From: Octopus sinensis
Lineage: Eukaryota
Direction: 5' to 3'
Length of the DNA stretch: 64,000 bases
Assembly: GCF_006345805.1 (NCBI RefSeq)
Contig: NC_043000.1
Span: 32,550,001 to 32,614,000 of the forward strand
The notes beneath the pieces are model-generated. The model made no database searches and was not told the DNA's origin. It saw only the letters and a program-made list of their open reading frames with translations. Position numbers and translations under genes: made by a program. Shown one piece after another: positions 11,540 to 23,675 of the stretch (position 1 is its first letter; each line of letters opens with the position of its first letter).

Positions 11540-12370
11540 TATTATGATCTGCTGGATGTGTAATGTCAGTGTACACACACAACAGAATGTAAGCGCCCTG
11601 AAAGAAATGTTGGACATAAGAAGCATCAGATGGGGTGTGCAAGAGACGACTGCACTAGAATGGTCATGTGCTGCATATGGATGAGGAGAGCTGTACGAAG
11701 AAGTGTCACACCCTAACAGTGGAAGGAACCCATGGAAGCGGGAGACCCAGGAAGACATGGGATGAGGTGTTGAAGCATGACCTTCGAATGTTGGGCCTCA
11801 CAGAGGCAATGACAAAAGACCTTTGGAGATATGCTGTGATTGAGAAGACCCAGCAAGTAAAGTGAGATCACAGTCGTAGCCTATACAAGTGTCAGATAAG
11901 TAGACCATTTAAAAGTACCATTGAATCACCAGGCGATATGTTGCACCTGAGAAGACCTATTGAGTTAAGTGAAATCCAAATTAAATCAAAATTAAAATGG
12001 AAATTGTAGTTGTGGCTGATGCCAGTGCCACTTGACTGGAACCATGCTGGTGGCACGTACTAAGCACCATTCAAGCGTGGGTCGATGCCAGTACTAACTG
12101 ACTGGCTCCCCGTGACAGTGGCATGTAAAAAACACTATCTGAATATGGTCAATGTCAGTGCTGCTTGACTGGCTCCCGTGCTGGTGGCATGTAAAAAGCA
12201 CCCACTGCACACCCAGAATGGTGGGCATTAAGAAGGGCATCCAGCTGTAGAAACTTTGCCAGATCAGATTGGAGCCTGGTGCAGCCTTCTGGCTTGCCAG
12301 TCCTCAGTCAAACCATCCAACCCATACTAGCATGGAAAGCAGACATTAAACAATGATGATGATGATGATG
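11540..12370 (+). mobile_element. RTE LINE 3' fragment
   Basis: WYGHVLHMDEE..GRPRKTWDEVLKHDLR remnant, same 3' UTR and (GAT)n tail. Confidence 0.85.
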
Positions 12371-12408
<38 letters not shown>

Positions 12409-13357
12409 CCATCCATCCGTGTAATTGTCATCGCTTCTGTTGTCACTATTGCTACCCCGAGCATCGTTTAACATCTGGCTTCTATGCTGGCATAGGTTGA
12501 ACAGTTCAAGAGAAACTGCAGTGAGTTCCAATATTTGCTTTGGCATTGTTGATCTTTCTAACACCAACCATTTTACAGAGTGTATTAGGCACATCTTGGA
12601 ACTCAGAGAAACCAAAGGTTTATGCCAGATGGTGAGAGGTTCAAGTATTGTAGAGGGACAAGATCTGGTGTCTTGCTTTGGAAGAGATACATGGCTACCT
12701 CGGTTGGAAAAAGAGCAGAAATGGTGTTTGATGACATGTCAGGGTGGATATAAAAGAGAGAGACTTGTAACAAGACTGGACAAAGTAAGTGGGTAGATAA
12801 GTTTGTGAGAATATCAAAGGAAAGTGTCAGCTGGATAGAGATAGGAAGAGAGGTGAATGCAGGGAATAGCAAACATGGGTGGAAGCATGGTCCTCTTTAC
12901 ATGCTCTTCAGAGACACATAAACCCCTTATTGTTCTAGTTGTCTATGGAAATAGTCATTTCATGGTTACACTATCTCTTAGAACTAAAATTAAACCCAAA
13001 CGCTATAAAAATAAATAAATTGACAGGGTGCTGGTGTCTCAGAAAGTTTGTTTCTTGGACTAAAATTCAGCAAGATTTTTTTTCTGAACACTTGTATGTT
13101 GCTGCTACAGTCATCAACATCAGTTTCGACCTATGACCCTGCAGAGATGAAAGGTTGAACCTGACCTCATAGTTATATATATACATTTAGTATACACACA
13201 TGATTATATATACATAGAATCTACACACAGAGTTAAAAACTGGTTATAAGTACACACACACACACACACACACATACACACATATATATATAGCCTAGAC
13301 ATATAGTTGTATGCACACGCATACATACATATATAGCCAACATGTATATATACTTAC

Positions 13358-13401
13358 ATTTAACATCTTCCCCTGATGTTTGAGCAAAATACAGCTGACT
13401 C
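13358..13401 (-). CDS. APEH: APEH exon E7
   Basis: attctcag|G AGT CAG...AAA T|gtaagt; SQLYFAQTSGEDVK (cf. SALYYVDLIGGK); 44 nt, bridges phase 2 to phase 1 exactly as needed. Confidence 0.88.
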
Positions 13402-14356
13402 CTGAGAATAAAAATGAAAGAGAAATAATCAGATTATGAATAAAGAAACTATTTAAACAGTTCTTTCGCTATTTCAGCTGTATATGCATGCACTAGCACT
13501 ATGACCTAGCGTTGCCGGGTCATAGTGCTAGTACAGATTAAATGTATATCATACACAACAATATACTTTATATCTAATAATATATTCAATTAATAATCTA
13601 TCTATATGATGTAGATTCTATTTACTTACTTGAATGTATCGTATACACTTAATAATATAACTATAGATTATGCCTAATTATATACTTGAAAATATATCCA
13701 TATAATATCATTTAATTATATACTATGAAATAACTAAACAAAACCTTCCTGTTTATCTGTATGGCAATAATATTTTATTATCATCAAGTTATAAGCTAGT
13801 TTACACACACACATTCCTTTGGAACAGTTTTTTTTCCTCTCCTTTATTAACTATTGTTGTTCTCCTCTCAACTCTGATGGCAATCTCTGTTGATTAGTGA
13901 ATAATTTCTTTAAATAGCTTTACAATGATTTTTTCTCTGTTAATTCAAGCAGAATGATTCAGCAATGAATCGGGTGTTTCCAGATGAATGGATGGCCTCC
14001 CTACTGATAACCAGTGAAGCACGAAACAAGTGACTTTACAGTAAATTGATCAAAGTAACTACTTGAACAGATATAAAGCAATGGACTAGAAAAGGTTTGC
14101 TTGAGTAACTTATGGCAGAACCATTCAACAGGTTCCATTTAATAAAGCCATTTATCAATGCCAAACAACCCAGACCATATCAGAATGTATAATTAAAAGT
14201 AATCTGAGAGCAAGGAATATATTTATGCCATGAATCAAACCAAAGCGACAGGAAACTATTTCTATCTTTCACTGCCATTTCACAATAAACAAATTGTACT
14301 TTTAAAAGTACACTTGCTAAAATTGTACTTTTATCTACTTGGAGTACTTTGATTTA

Positions 14357-14680
14357 TCATCATCATCGTTTAACGTCCGCTTTCCATGCTAGCATGGGTT
14401 GGACGGTTCGACTGGGGTCTGGGAAGCCACGAGGCTGCACCATGCGCAGTCTGATCAAGCAGTGTTTCTACAGCTGGATGCCCTTCCTAATGCCAACCAC
14501 TCCATGAGTGTAGTGGGTGCTTTTTACGTGCCAGGCAAGGCTGGTAATGGCAACGATCGGTTGGTGCTTTTTACGTGCCACCGGCACGGAGGCTGGTCGA
14601 GGTGGCGCTGGCAACAGCCACGTTCGGATGGTTCTTTTACGTGCCACCGGCACTGGTATCACAACTACAATTTCCATAGA
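14357..14680 (-). mobile_element. RTE 3' tail copy
   Basis: atcatcatcatcgtttaacgtccgctttccatgctagcatggg... with CpGs retained. Confidence 0.85.
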
Positions 14681-16769
14681 TTTTTGATCGATTTAGTTTC
14701 TTTTAAATTTTTCAATGGCTAAATATTTACATAATTTCCAACAGAAAGATAAGATTTAATAAGATGACAGACTGTTTGAGTCTAGCATTCAAAATATACT
14801 CAGTCAATTGATAGAAATAGGAGTATCTGTGCAATACTTAGTAAATTACGAGGAGTTCCATTCATTGAACAACTGAATGTTCCTTGCTGAAATCCTTATG
14901 AGATTCATTTGACATTTTGTTTTTATTTTATGAGGTTTGCCCTGACACCCCAACACTCTATAAATTTAAAACAGTTAACAGATAAAACGTAATGAATATG
15001 CAAGGTAGTCACATACCTCTATAATAAAACACCTGTTCCTGTCCCTCATACTTTAACCTCTAAATTTTGATATAAGGTCATTTCCCCTCTACTATACCCA
15101 CTCTCACCCCACTAATTTAAGAAGGATTTTTTTTGTCATGCAAATGAATTGGCAACCTCACTTGTGCCTGTGTCACAACGAAGCACCAAAGTATGTACTT
15201 GGTACTGTTTTTTTTTTTTTGTGCCACCAGCACTAGTAGGGTTGCCATGCAGCTTGCAAGATTGCGAACCCCATGACAGATGACTTTATTCCCTCTCTCT
15301 CTTTCGGAGAGGCACTGAGCAGCTATACGCACACATACACACACGGCAGTAACTTCCACCTACCGAATTCAATCACAAAGCTCCGGTCGGCTTGGGGCTA
15401 TAGTGGAAGACACCTACCCAAAGTGCCACACAGTGGGACTGAACCCGAAACCATGTAGCTAGGAAGCAAGCTCCCTAACCATACAGCCATGCCCATAATA
15501 GACTAAAATATGAGAGAAGGCATCAGAGCTGGACAGGTTTCTTGCTGTAAAGGGGCCACATAGCTACAAAAGTTTCTTGTCAGTTCAAGAGATTTACTGT
15601 TTCACCGTGTAAATAAAGAAACATGAAGCCCAATCCCTTAAAGCAGTCAGTTTGAATAATGAGACAAACTATTTCCATTCTACTCCTAAGTGAAGGCAGG
15701 GGAATAAAATATCTTAAAATATGTTTATGTCTAACATAGAATTAATTGAAAATATTGTGACTCAAACTCAAATGAAATTTTTGGTATTTTGTCCCAAACA
15801 AGGACAGAGTGCTGCTTGGGAGGAGTTTGTGTTTGGGTGAAAAATAAGATGGAAAGAACTTTGGTCAAGGGAACGAGTCTGAATCAGTTTTCTGATTCAT
15901 TCTGTCTATAACATGCTTCCTAGTGCTGCAAACTTAAAATTTGGAAAATAATGGCAGGTGACCATTGTGAATGTGGGAAGGTCAGAATGATGATTGCCCA
16001 TTAGACATGGAACACAGATACATAATGTGGAGCTTAGAGTTCAGGTTGATGCAATGGGAACGAATTAATAACAATGAAAGAACACAAGTGGTGGTGAATA
16101 GGAAGATAAAGTTTTGTAGGGAAGGTGAATGGTGTCAGAAGAATGATCCAAAATGGGAGGTTTCTTATTTCTTTATTGCCCACAAGGGGGTAAACATAGA
16201 GGGGACAAATAAGGACAGACAAACGGATTAAGTCGATTACTTCGACCCCAGGGCGTAACTGGCACTTAATTTATTGACCCCGAAAGGCAAAGTCGACCTT
16301 GGCGGAATTTGAACTCAGAACATAAGGGCAAACAAAATACTGCCAAGAATTTCGCCTGGCGTGCTAACGTTTGTGCCAAAATGGGAGGTTTCTGTTGAGC
16401 TTGACAGTAAGTATCACCGAAAGAACTGACCTTGTCAGGAAGGTAGTAATGATGGGAAGTCAACATCAAAGATGCTTTCCTTAGGAAAGACTGAAAATAC
16501 AGTGAGTTGGTTGAACACTATGAAAGCAATGGGTGGGAGACAATATGCCTTCCTGTAGAGATTAGGGGTCACAGTATTTGCTGGAGCCAGAGTTCACACA
16601 ATGGTGCAGGAGTCTTGGACTAGCTGCAAAGGAGAGAAAAGATACTGCCGGAAAGTTGCAAGAGAGATGACAAGTGGTACAACAAGATCCAGCATTGAGG
16701 ATGGTAGAAACATCTGGCCCAGAGTCAACAAAGCTCATGTGAGAATTTTGTATCACCTATCTTAGTGGG

Positions 16770-17010
16770 TGTGGAGGCGTATGGCTTAGTGGTTAGGGTG
16801 TCAGCATCATGATCCTAAGATTGTGGTTTTGATTCCTGGACCAGGCGACGCATTGTGTTCTTGAGCAAAACACTTCATTTCATGTTGCTCCAGTCCACTC
16901 AGCTGGCAAAAATGAGTAACGCTGCGATGGACTGGCATCCCGTCCAGCTTGGGAACACAAACGCCATTGAAACCAGGAAACAGGGCCCATGAGCCTGGCT
17001 AGGCTTTAAA
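16770..17010 (+). mobile_element. tRNA-derived SINE, V-domain-like (partial copy 19470-19660)
   Basis: tggcttagtggttag A box; cttgagcaaaacacttc..gctccagtccactcagctg..gcgatggactggcatcccgtccag. Confidence 0.65.
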
Positions 17011-17682
17011 AGGGTGTATTTATTTTTATTTATTATCTTAGTGGGTGGCTCCAGGCAGCTCTGATAAAAGGTGCTGAACACCTGTAGAACTGTATCACTG
17101 TCGGATGAAACATTGACTCCTGCATTCAGAGAAGAAGTGCAGCATCACTCTTAGCATACAAGTGTTTACCCCAAGTGAAGAATGTCTTCAGGCATTAAAT
17201 AGAAGATCAGTGTTGAAGTAAGTAACTTGCTGGGGAAAAGTTTAAAAGAGGAGACAGAAAGAGGTTTATTCAAGTGAAGCAAAGCAAGACAGCAATGATG
17301 ACTAAGGAGTAGATGGACAGTTCACAGAATAAAACACAAACGGACAGCAAAGTAAACATAAAGAGAATCATGAAGAGGAAAGGGTGGATGAGTACATCAG
17401 GAGTAGTGTCGCTGGATTTCAGAAAATATAGAACTTTTGAAGGATGCAGTGTCTTGACAGCTAACAACTGATACGAGTAGTTTAACTTAATAATGATTCA
17501 TGCTATGAAATATTTGTTAAAATTATTTATGGAGCAAAGCAATGTTAGGTATTTGCCGTTATATATTTTCCCTTGGTCAAGGAATATGAAAGATTCAAAG
17601 CTTATTTGTTGCTTTCGCTTTATTTTTTGTTTTATTTATTTTCTTTGCAATAAGGAAACTATTTCAAGAGGAATAAACTCAC

Positions 17683-17774
17683 TTTCTGATAGGACAATAT
17701 GTAAGGCCCAGCCTCCAGGGTTCATGTGACCAACCAACCATCACCAGACCAGTCTCATCAGGAGCCCATCTTAC
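17683..17774 (-). CDS. APEH: APEH exon E6
   Basis: ttttgtag|GTA AGA TGG...AGA AA|gtgagt; VRWAPDETGLVMVGWSHEPWRLGLTYCPIR (cf. AFWAPGDAGVVFVGWWHEPFRLGIRFC); 92 nt. Confidence 0.94.
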
Positions 17775-18977
17775 CTACAAAATTACAAAAAAACACAAGA
17801 AAAATTAGACACATTCAATTCTTGACATTTCCCATAATGACAAAACAATTACAGTTTTCTTTGGTCATTTTGTTTGTCTTTTTCTAAAACCAGAAAATAC
17901 AAGAAAACTTCTACACCAGGAGTTGGCAAAATGGTCAACACTGACCCCTGGAGGTTTATGTAACATTCAAGTGGTCCATAAATCCTGAAATGATTTTGAG
18001 CATTAAGGGTGCTGAATTATTAACAGACTGAAGCTGGAGGAGTGTGGTTAATTTAAAGCTAAAATTCCCTACTTTCCAGCCAAACATTAATGCAATTTTG
18101 TTGTGTCTCGGGAAAGTCATAATGCAATATCAACTCATATTCACCAAATACAGATTTCACATAAAACATTCCAATCACATCCTTAATAAGTTTGAATTCC
18201 CTTAAATATCTTTGCTAAATTTCTTTAAATATTTCTTATTAAAAAGTGGTAACGATGCAAAAGAATGAAGGAATTGTTGATTTTAAATCAAGAAATTTTT
18301 TTTTATTGTATTTTTAAATTTTATTTTAGAAATTATATATGGTTATATCAACAATTCTATGAAGGAGTCAAATGGTATAAGAAGATTGCTGACCCTTGCT
18401 CGACACCATGGCTTGATCTGCTGGAATTATTTACCAAATCTTTACTTATTCACACCCTATCATCTTAAAGAAGAGGGACATTTTGGGATAATACATTCTT
18501 TGATATACTATGCCTAGAAAATGTGGCATGGATGAAACACCTTTGGCCATTGACCTAGAGCTAAACAATAACATGATCTGTCTCATCATAAGACATGGAA
18601 TTCATAAAAGAAACAAGAGACTGTTGTATGAAGTCTGCTGGGGGGGGGGGGAAGAATCTCCAACTTGCCCCAACTCTTACAACTATTCCCACTTTTTATT
18701 TACAAAAAAAAGCTGTCAAACTTTGTAAATACCATTATTACAGGTGTTGATTTAGAGAAGGAATTCTCTCAGAAAGTCTTTGATAGTGTCATAGCAAGCT
18801 ATGTCTGCAAATCGAAAGACAGCTTATCAATCAGACAGAGATATCTACTGTTTTATTGAACTTTTTAATCATAACTGATTGAAAAATGTTTAAATATGAT
18901 AAAGGAATGGAAAGCAAATGTTGATGGAAATATCTCAAAGAAAAAAACTCAAAAATTAATGGGTGAAAGTTTCTTAC

Positions 18978-19121
18978 CTGCCCAAGGGACACATCGTCTG
19001 AAACACAGTCCAACAAACTGATTTCAGGAGTTGAACCTTCTAAATCTAAGATGGCAACAATTGGATGGTGTTTTCCAACCAACATTTCTCCCCAGTCTTC
19101 ATGTAAAACATGCTGGTCACC
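18978..19121 (-). CDS. APEH: APEH exon E5
   Basis: tttcag|GGT GAC...GGG CAG|gtaaga; GDQHVLHEDWGEMLVGKHHPIVAILDL...DDVSLGQ (cf. GDQFVFYEDWGE..ENVSPGQ); 144 nt. Confidence 0.95.
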
Positions 19122-20674
19122 CTGAAATTGTAAGTTGATTATTTTGTAAATCTTTATGGTTGTTTTATGTTCATCTAAAAATGAACTGAATAAAATGAAG
19201 AAAAACCTGATGTATTGATTGGGTTAGCGTTTTATTGGTTTAATGTTTTAACAAAACTGAATTTGGACAATTCAAATAAATGACAATCTTAAATTCAATC
19301 ACTGAACTGCAATTTTACTGAGACATTGCTTTCAAAAGGTTTAACTGACCATATGAGTTCATTAAGAGGTTGTATTTAAGGACAAGAATCACCAAACAAA
19401 TATGTATTTCCATACCTCTATTATATTTAACTGTTTATATCTTCTATACATATAAAGTGTGTTTATATAATGTGGAGGCACATGGCTAAGTGGTTAGGGT
19501 GTTGCATTTATGATCTTAAGATTGTGGTTTCAGTTCCTGGACCAGGCAATGCATTGTGTCCTTGAGCAAAACACTTCATTTCGTGTTGCTCCAGAGTATT
19601 ACAGCAATGGACTAGATCCCATCCAGGAGAGGGATATATGTACCACAGAATTCAGAAAACTGGCCTTATGAGCCTCTGACTTTGAAACTTTGAGTTTATA
19701 AAATGGCTGAAGAATATTTGTGTGCTTCTGTATTATCCTTTCCTGTTCAGAACTAAACTCCTGCCTAATTATCCCACCCATTTGGCATCCAACTATAGGA
19801 CTCTGTTGGATTGCTTTTGACTGATTTCTTCTCTGTTTTCCTTGAGAGATTCCATGTAAAGAGCAGTCTGCTAACACTTGTTACATTCTTGTGTCTGCCA
19901 AATCCTTCCTCATTTTCTTCTCTTGTTCAGCAAGAAAGAAAGAGAAGATGGTAATGGCTTGTGTTGTGATGATCTTGTCTGGTTAGTGACTGCAAAAGAT
20001 TCCGAGGCAATTGTTTATGAAGCTCTGTCCCTTTTTTGGGTCGTGGACAGCTTCATTGTTTGAGTTACAACCTGATCTTTGTGGGTCAGAAATCTGGAAC
20101 TGGAGAGGTTCTTGACCTTTCTTACTCTTTATGTCTGCAATGGCACCACCTTTTCTGTTATTGATATTGCTCAGCTATATGAAACCCCCACCCACCTCCA
20201 GTGGAAAGAAACATTTTTTTAAAAGCCAGAAGGTGGTTCTTGTAAATTATTCATAATTCTCATTTGAAGACATTTTACACCAAATTCTATTTTATGTTAA
20301 TATTTCTGAAAAACAAAAAAAACATGAGGACAAAAATTCTGAATGGTTTATTCTTAAAAAAAAATCTAAGAAATAGGTTAGACAAGTAATAACATCATTG
20401 CATGTAACTGAATCAATTAGAGTTAACATAACTAGAATAATATAAGGTGAGGTAGGGAATTAGGGGCCACTAGGGTAGAAGGGATAAGGGTGTGGATAGA
20501 ATAAGAATTATTACACGTAACTCACTGAAGTATTACACCAAGTCTACTTATATCACACAACTTGCTCACATCCGATCAGCCCACATCTAAAAAACTTATA
20601 TTGTAACTGCCGCCGCCGCTGCCACCACCACCACCACCACCACCACCACCATCAATGTGATAATTGTTACTCAC

Positions 20675-20826
20675 CCTAGCTTTTGTTTCACTTGGTTTGG
20701 TCTCATCATCAGGAGTTCTGGAAGTGTTCTTAGCATCAAAGTAGGATGTTGCTTTGGGCAGTTTTTTCTCCGCAATGTAAACCAACCGTTTTTCAGTGGC
20801 CGACCATTCCAATGAGCCAAATTGGC
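20675..20826 (-). CDS. APEH: APEH exon E4
   Basis: ttacag|GC CAA TTT...GCT AGG|gtgagt; QFGSLEWSATEKRLVYIAEKKLPKATSYF... (cf. FGCLSWSHSETHLLYVAEKKRPKAESFF); 152 nt. Confidence 0.94.
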
Positions 20827-21997
20827 CTGTAAGGAATGTTTGATTTGATGTACAAGAAACAACAGACAATCCATATTTACAAGATATTATGACACTTCAT
20901 TAACCAGGTGGCTGGAATTGGCTAAGGAAGAGGCAAAAAAAGAAAAGAAATAGAGAAAAAAAAATGTAAAGGATATTCTATTTGAATATCTCTTACATTT
21001 CCAAACTTTGCCCTACACAATTTGAGCCAAAATGAAGCAGAATTTTAGATTTATCATCAATAACTAATACTTAATCTTATTCACATTTTCTGAAAAAGTT
21101 AAAATGATTCTGTTTGAATAAACTTCATAAACTCCTTCCATTGACCAGCTTTTGCAAAAACTCAAAACATGAAAAAAAAAAGAAGAAAAAAAGAACAATT
21201 CTTCAGTTCCTCAATTCTTAAATACCTTCTTACACCATCAACCATATTCATTTCCTCACTGTCATATGTTATACACACAAAATACATTCTCACCAACTAA
21301 ACAGATAAATCTGATGGAGAAATTTTCATAAAGAAACTAAAACTGAATTTATAACTAATTCAAGATTCTCAATGATGGGTGCTGCTACCACATAAAATGC
21401 ACCTGGCACACTCTGTGAAATGGTTGGCTTTAGGAAAGGCATCCAGCCACAGAAGCCAAGCCATAACAGATAATTGGAGCCTGGGTGCAGCTCTCTGGCC
21501 ATGCCAGCTCCTCTCAAACATTCCAATCCATACCAGCATGGAAAACAGATGTATGATGATGATTTTAGTAGACACATTATAATTAATCCTCTGATATACA
21601 TTATTAAAAAACAACAGAAACACTTCCCAACAAGGTCCATGTCCTAACAACAGCATCTCTTCAGGTTATGATGCCTGAAGAGATGGTTGGTAATAAAGTA
21701 TATTAAGTAATGAAAATTATGAAATATTAGATCATATTTTGTAATACTATCATGTGCAAATAAAGAACAGCTATTGAAACATACATAGCATGAATTGAAC
21801 AAATGACTATTCGTCTTCATTTATCACTCATTCATTCATACATACATGCATGCACACACACACACACACATATACAGGCATGGCTGTGTGATAAGGAGCT
21901 TGCTTCCCAACCACAAGGTTCCAGGTTCAGTTCCACTGCATAGAACCTTAGGCAAGTGTCTTCTTCTATAGCCTTCGGCTGACCAACAGAAAAAGCC

Positions 21998-22034
<37 letters not shown>

Positions 22035-22037
<3 letters not shown>

Positions 22038-22271
22038 TAGAAAAAAACACCTTTTATTAGTTCAAAATGAAAAACTAAATTACACCATCTAGAAAATTAT
22101 ATATAATAGAAATATTAAATATAAGATAAGAATATTAAACCGATGATTAAGTAATGTACAAAATAATAAATAAAACGTATATATTTGGTAGAATAACTAT
22201 TATATGTAATTTTCTAGATGGTGTAATTTAATTTTTCATTTTGAATTGATAAAAGGTATTTTTTTCTAATT
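22035..22271. repeat. AT-rich foldback, about 75-bp arms
   Basis: aattacaccatctagaaaatta / taattttctagatggtgtaatt core with flanking homology. Confidence 0.8.
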
Positions 22272-22373
22272 ATATATTATATTTTGTGAAATTTGATTTA
22301 GTATTTCTAAATTGAATTTTTCCCTGTAAGTTAGGAATAATATTCCCTCAAACTATTATATATATATATATAT

Positions 22374-23005
22374 GGATCTTGAATTATTCAATAATTTTTG
22401 CTTGTATATTTTGTCTATCTGTCTTATCCCATGGTGCGACACGAACCCTTAACGTGGTTTTTATAGTCAGAGTTTCGACTGCTATTTCGGCATGTTGGTA
22501 TCTCTTAGACACCCTCATTTTTAATTGTTAAAAATTATTACCTTTGTATGGTATTTTTCCCATGCTGGCCACTAGATAATATGGATACTTAAATATCGAT
22601 ATTATCTTCATATATAAATATATATAATTCGTTATTATTTTCACTGCGGTGTTTATTTTAACCGTGTCGTACTTTGGGATGATTCGGCGGGTAATTTAAC
22701 TGGCCGCGTGCATACGTGCATATGTATTTATGTATGGGCGTTCGTATATGTAAGTATATCGTTTGTTCTGCATGTATATATCTGTATTTATGTACTCTTG
22801 ATATATTCAACCGATGACGGTAAAGCTTATTTAAAGCAAAACCAGAAATCCTGGATCTTGAATTATTCAATAATTTTTGCTTGTATATTTTGTCTATCTG
22901 TCTTATCCCATGGTGCGACACGAACCCTTAACGTGGTTTTTATAGTCAGAGTTTCGACTGCTATTTCGGCATGTTGGTGTCTCTTAGACACCCTCATTTT
23001 TAATT
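22374..23005. repeat. 153-bp near-identical direct repeats around a 326-bp spacer, (TA)n-flanked
   Basis: 22374-22526 versus 22853-23005, one mismatch seen. Confidence 0.85.
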
Positions 23006-23036
23006 ATATATATATATATATATATGTATACATATA

Positions 23037-23445
23037 CAGGGTGTTCCAAAAGTCACTATACACTTTCTTTTCTCTATTTCGTTTAGGGTATCATTTGGAA
23101 AGACGTGAGGTTATCAGCATTTGACACCTTAGACTTTGCAGTTTTTGTAAGTATACCATTCCGTTGCCCATGGCTTGCCAATTGACGTTAAAGCAGTGTT
23201 GCAAAATTGCTGCCTGGCAAGAAGATTTTCAGTCCCCTACTGCAGTTCATCATAAGTTTGAAAAGATTTATGGCCATCACACTGCTCCAACGCGTAGCAT
23301 AATTTATGCTGTCCATAGCAAGTTTCTTGAAAGAGAATCTGTTCTTGACAAACCATGCAGCGGAAGGTCTGCTGCTACCACCATTGATGAAAACACCGAA
23401 CTCCTGGAGCAGGCATTCATGAAAAGCCAGAGGAAGTCCATCCAT
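23037..23445 (+). mobile_element. Tc1/mariner-family 5' fragment (TIR plus HTH)
   Basis: ta|cagggtgttccaaaagtc; SPTAVHHKFEKIYG..APTRSII..KFLERESVLDKPCSGR. Confidence 0.7.
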
Positions 23446-23518
23446 ACATACATACATACATACACACATAATATGTAAAACAGTGTTGACTATGAAACAA
23501 AAATTCCTTTCAACTCAC

Positions 23519-23597
23519 CATCAGGTTCATAAATTTTCCCATGGATTTCCTTGGAGAGGGCATCAATATTCCAGATTTTCCGTGTTTTCTCCCAAAT
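23519..23597 (-). CDS. APEH: APEH exon E3
   Basis: ttaacag|ATT TGG...GAT G|gtgagt; IWEKTRKIWNIDALSKEIHGKIYEPD (cf. VWEKNRK..EKHGPVYED); 79 nt. Confidence 0.92.
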
Positions 23598-23675
23598 CTG
23601 TTAAAGTTGCAGAGAACATAATGAAAGATATTCCAAAGTTTATGAATATTTAAGAGATTTGAGATTTTATTAATA

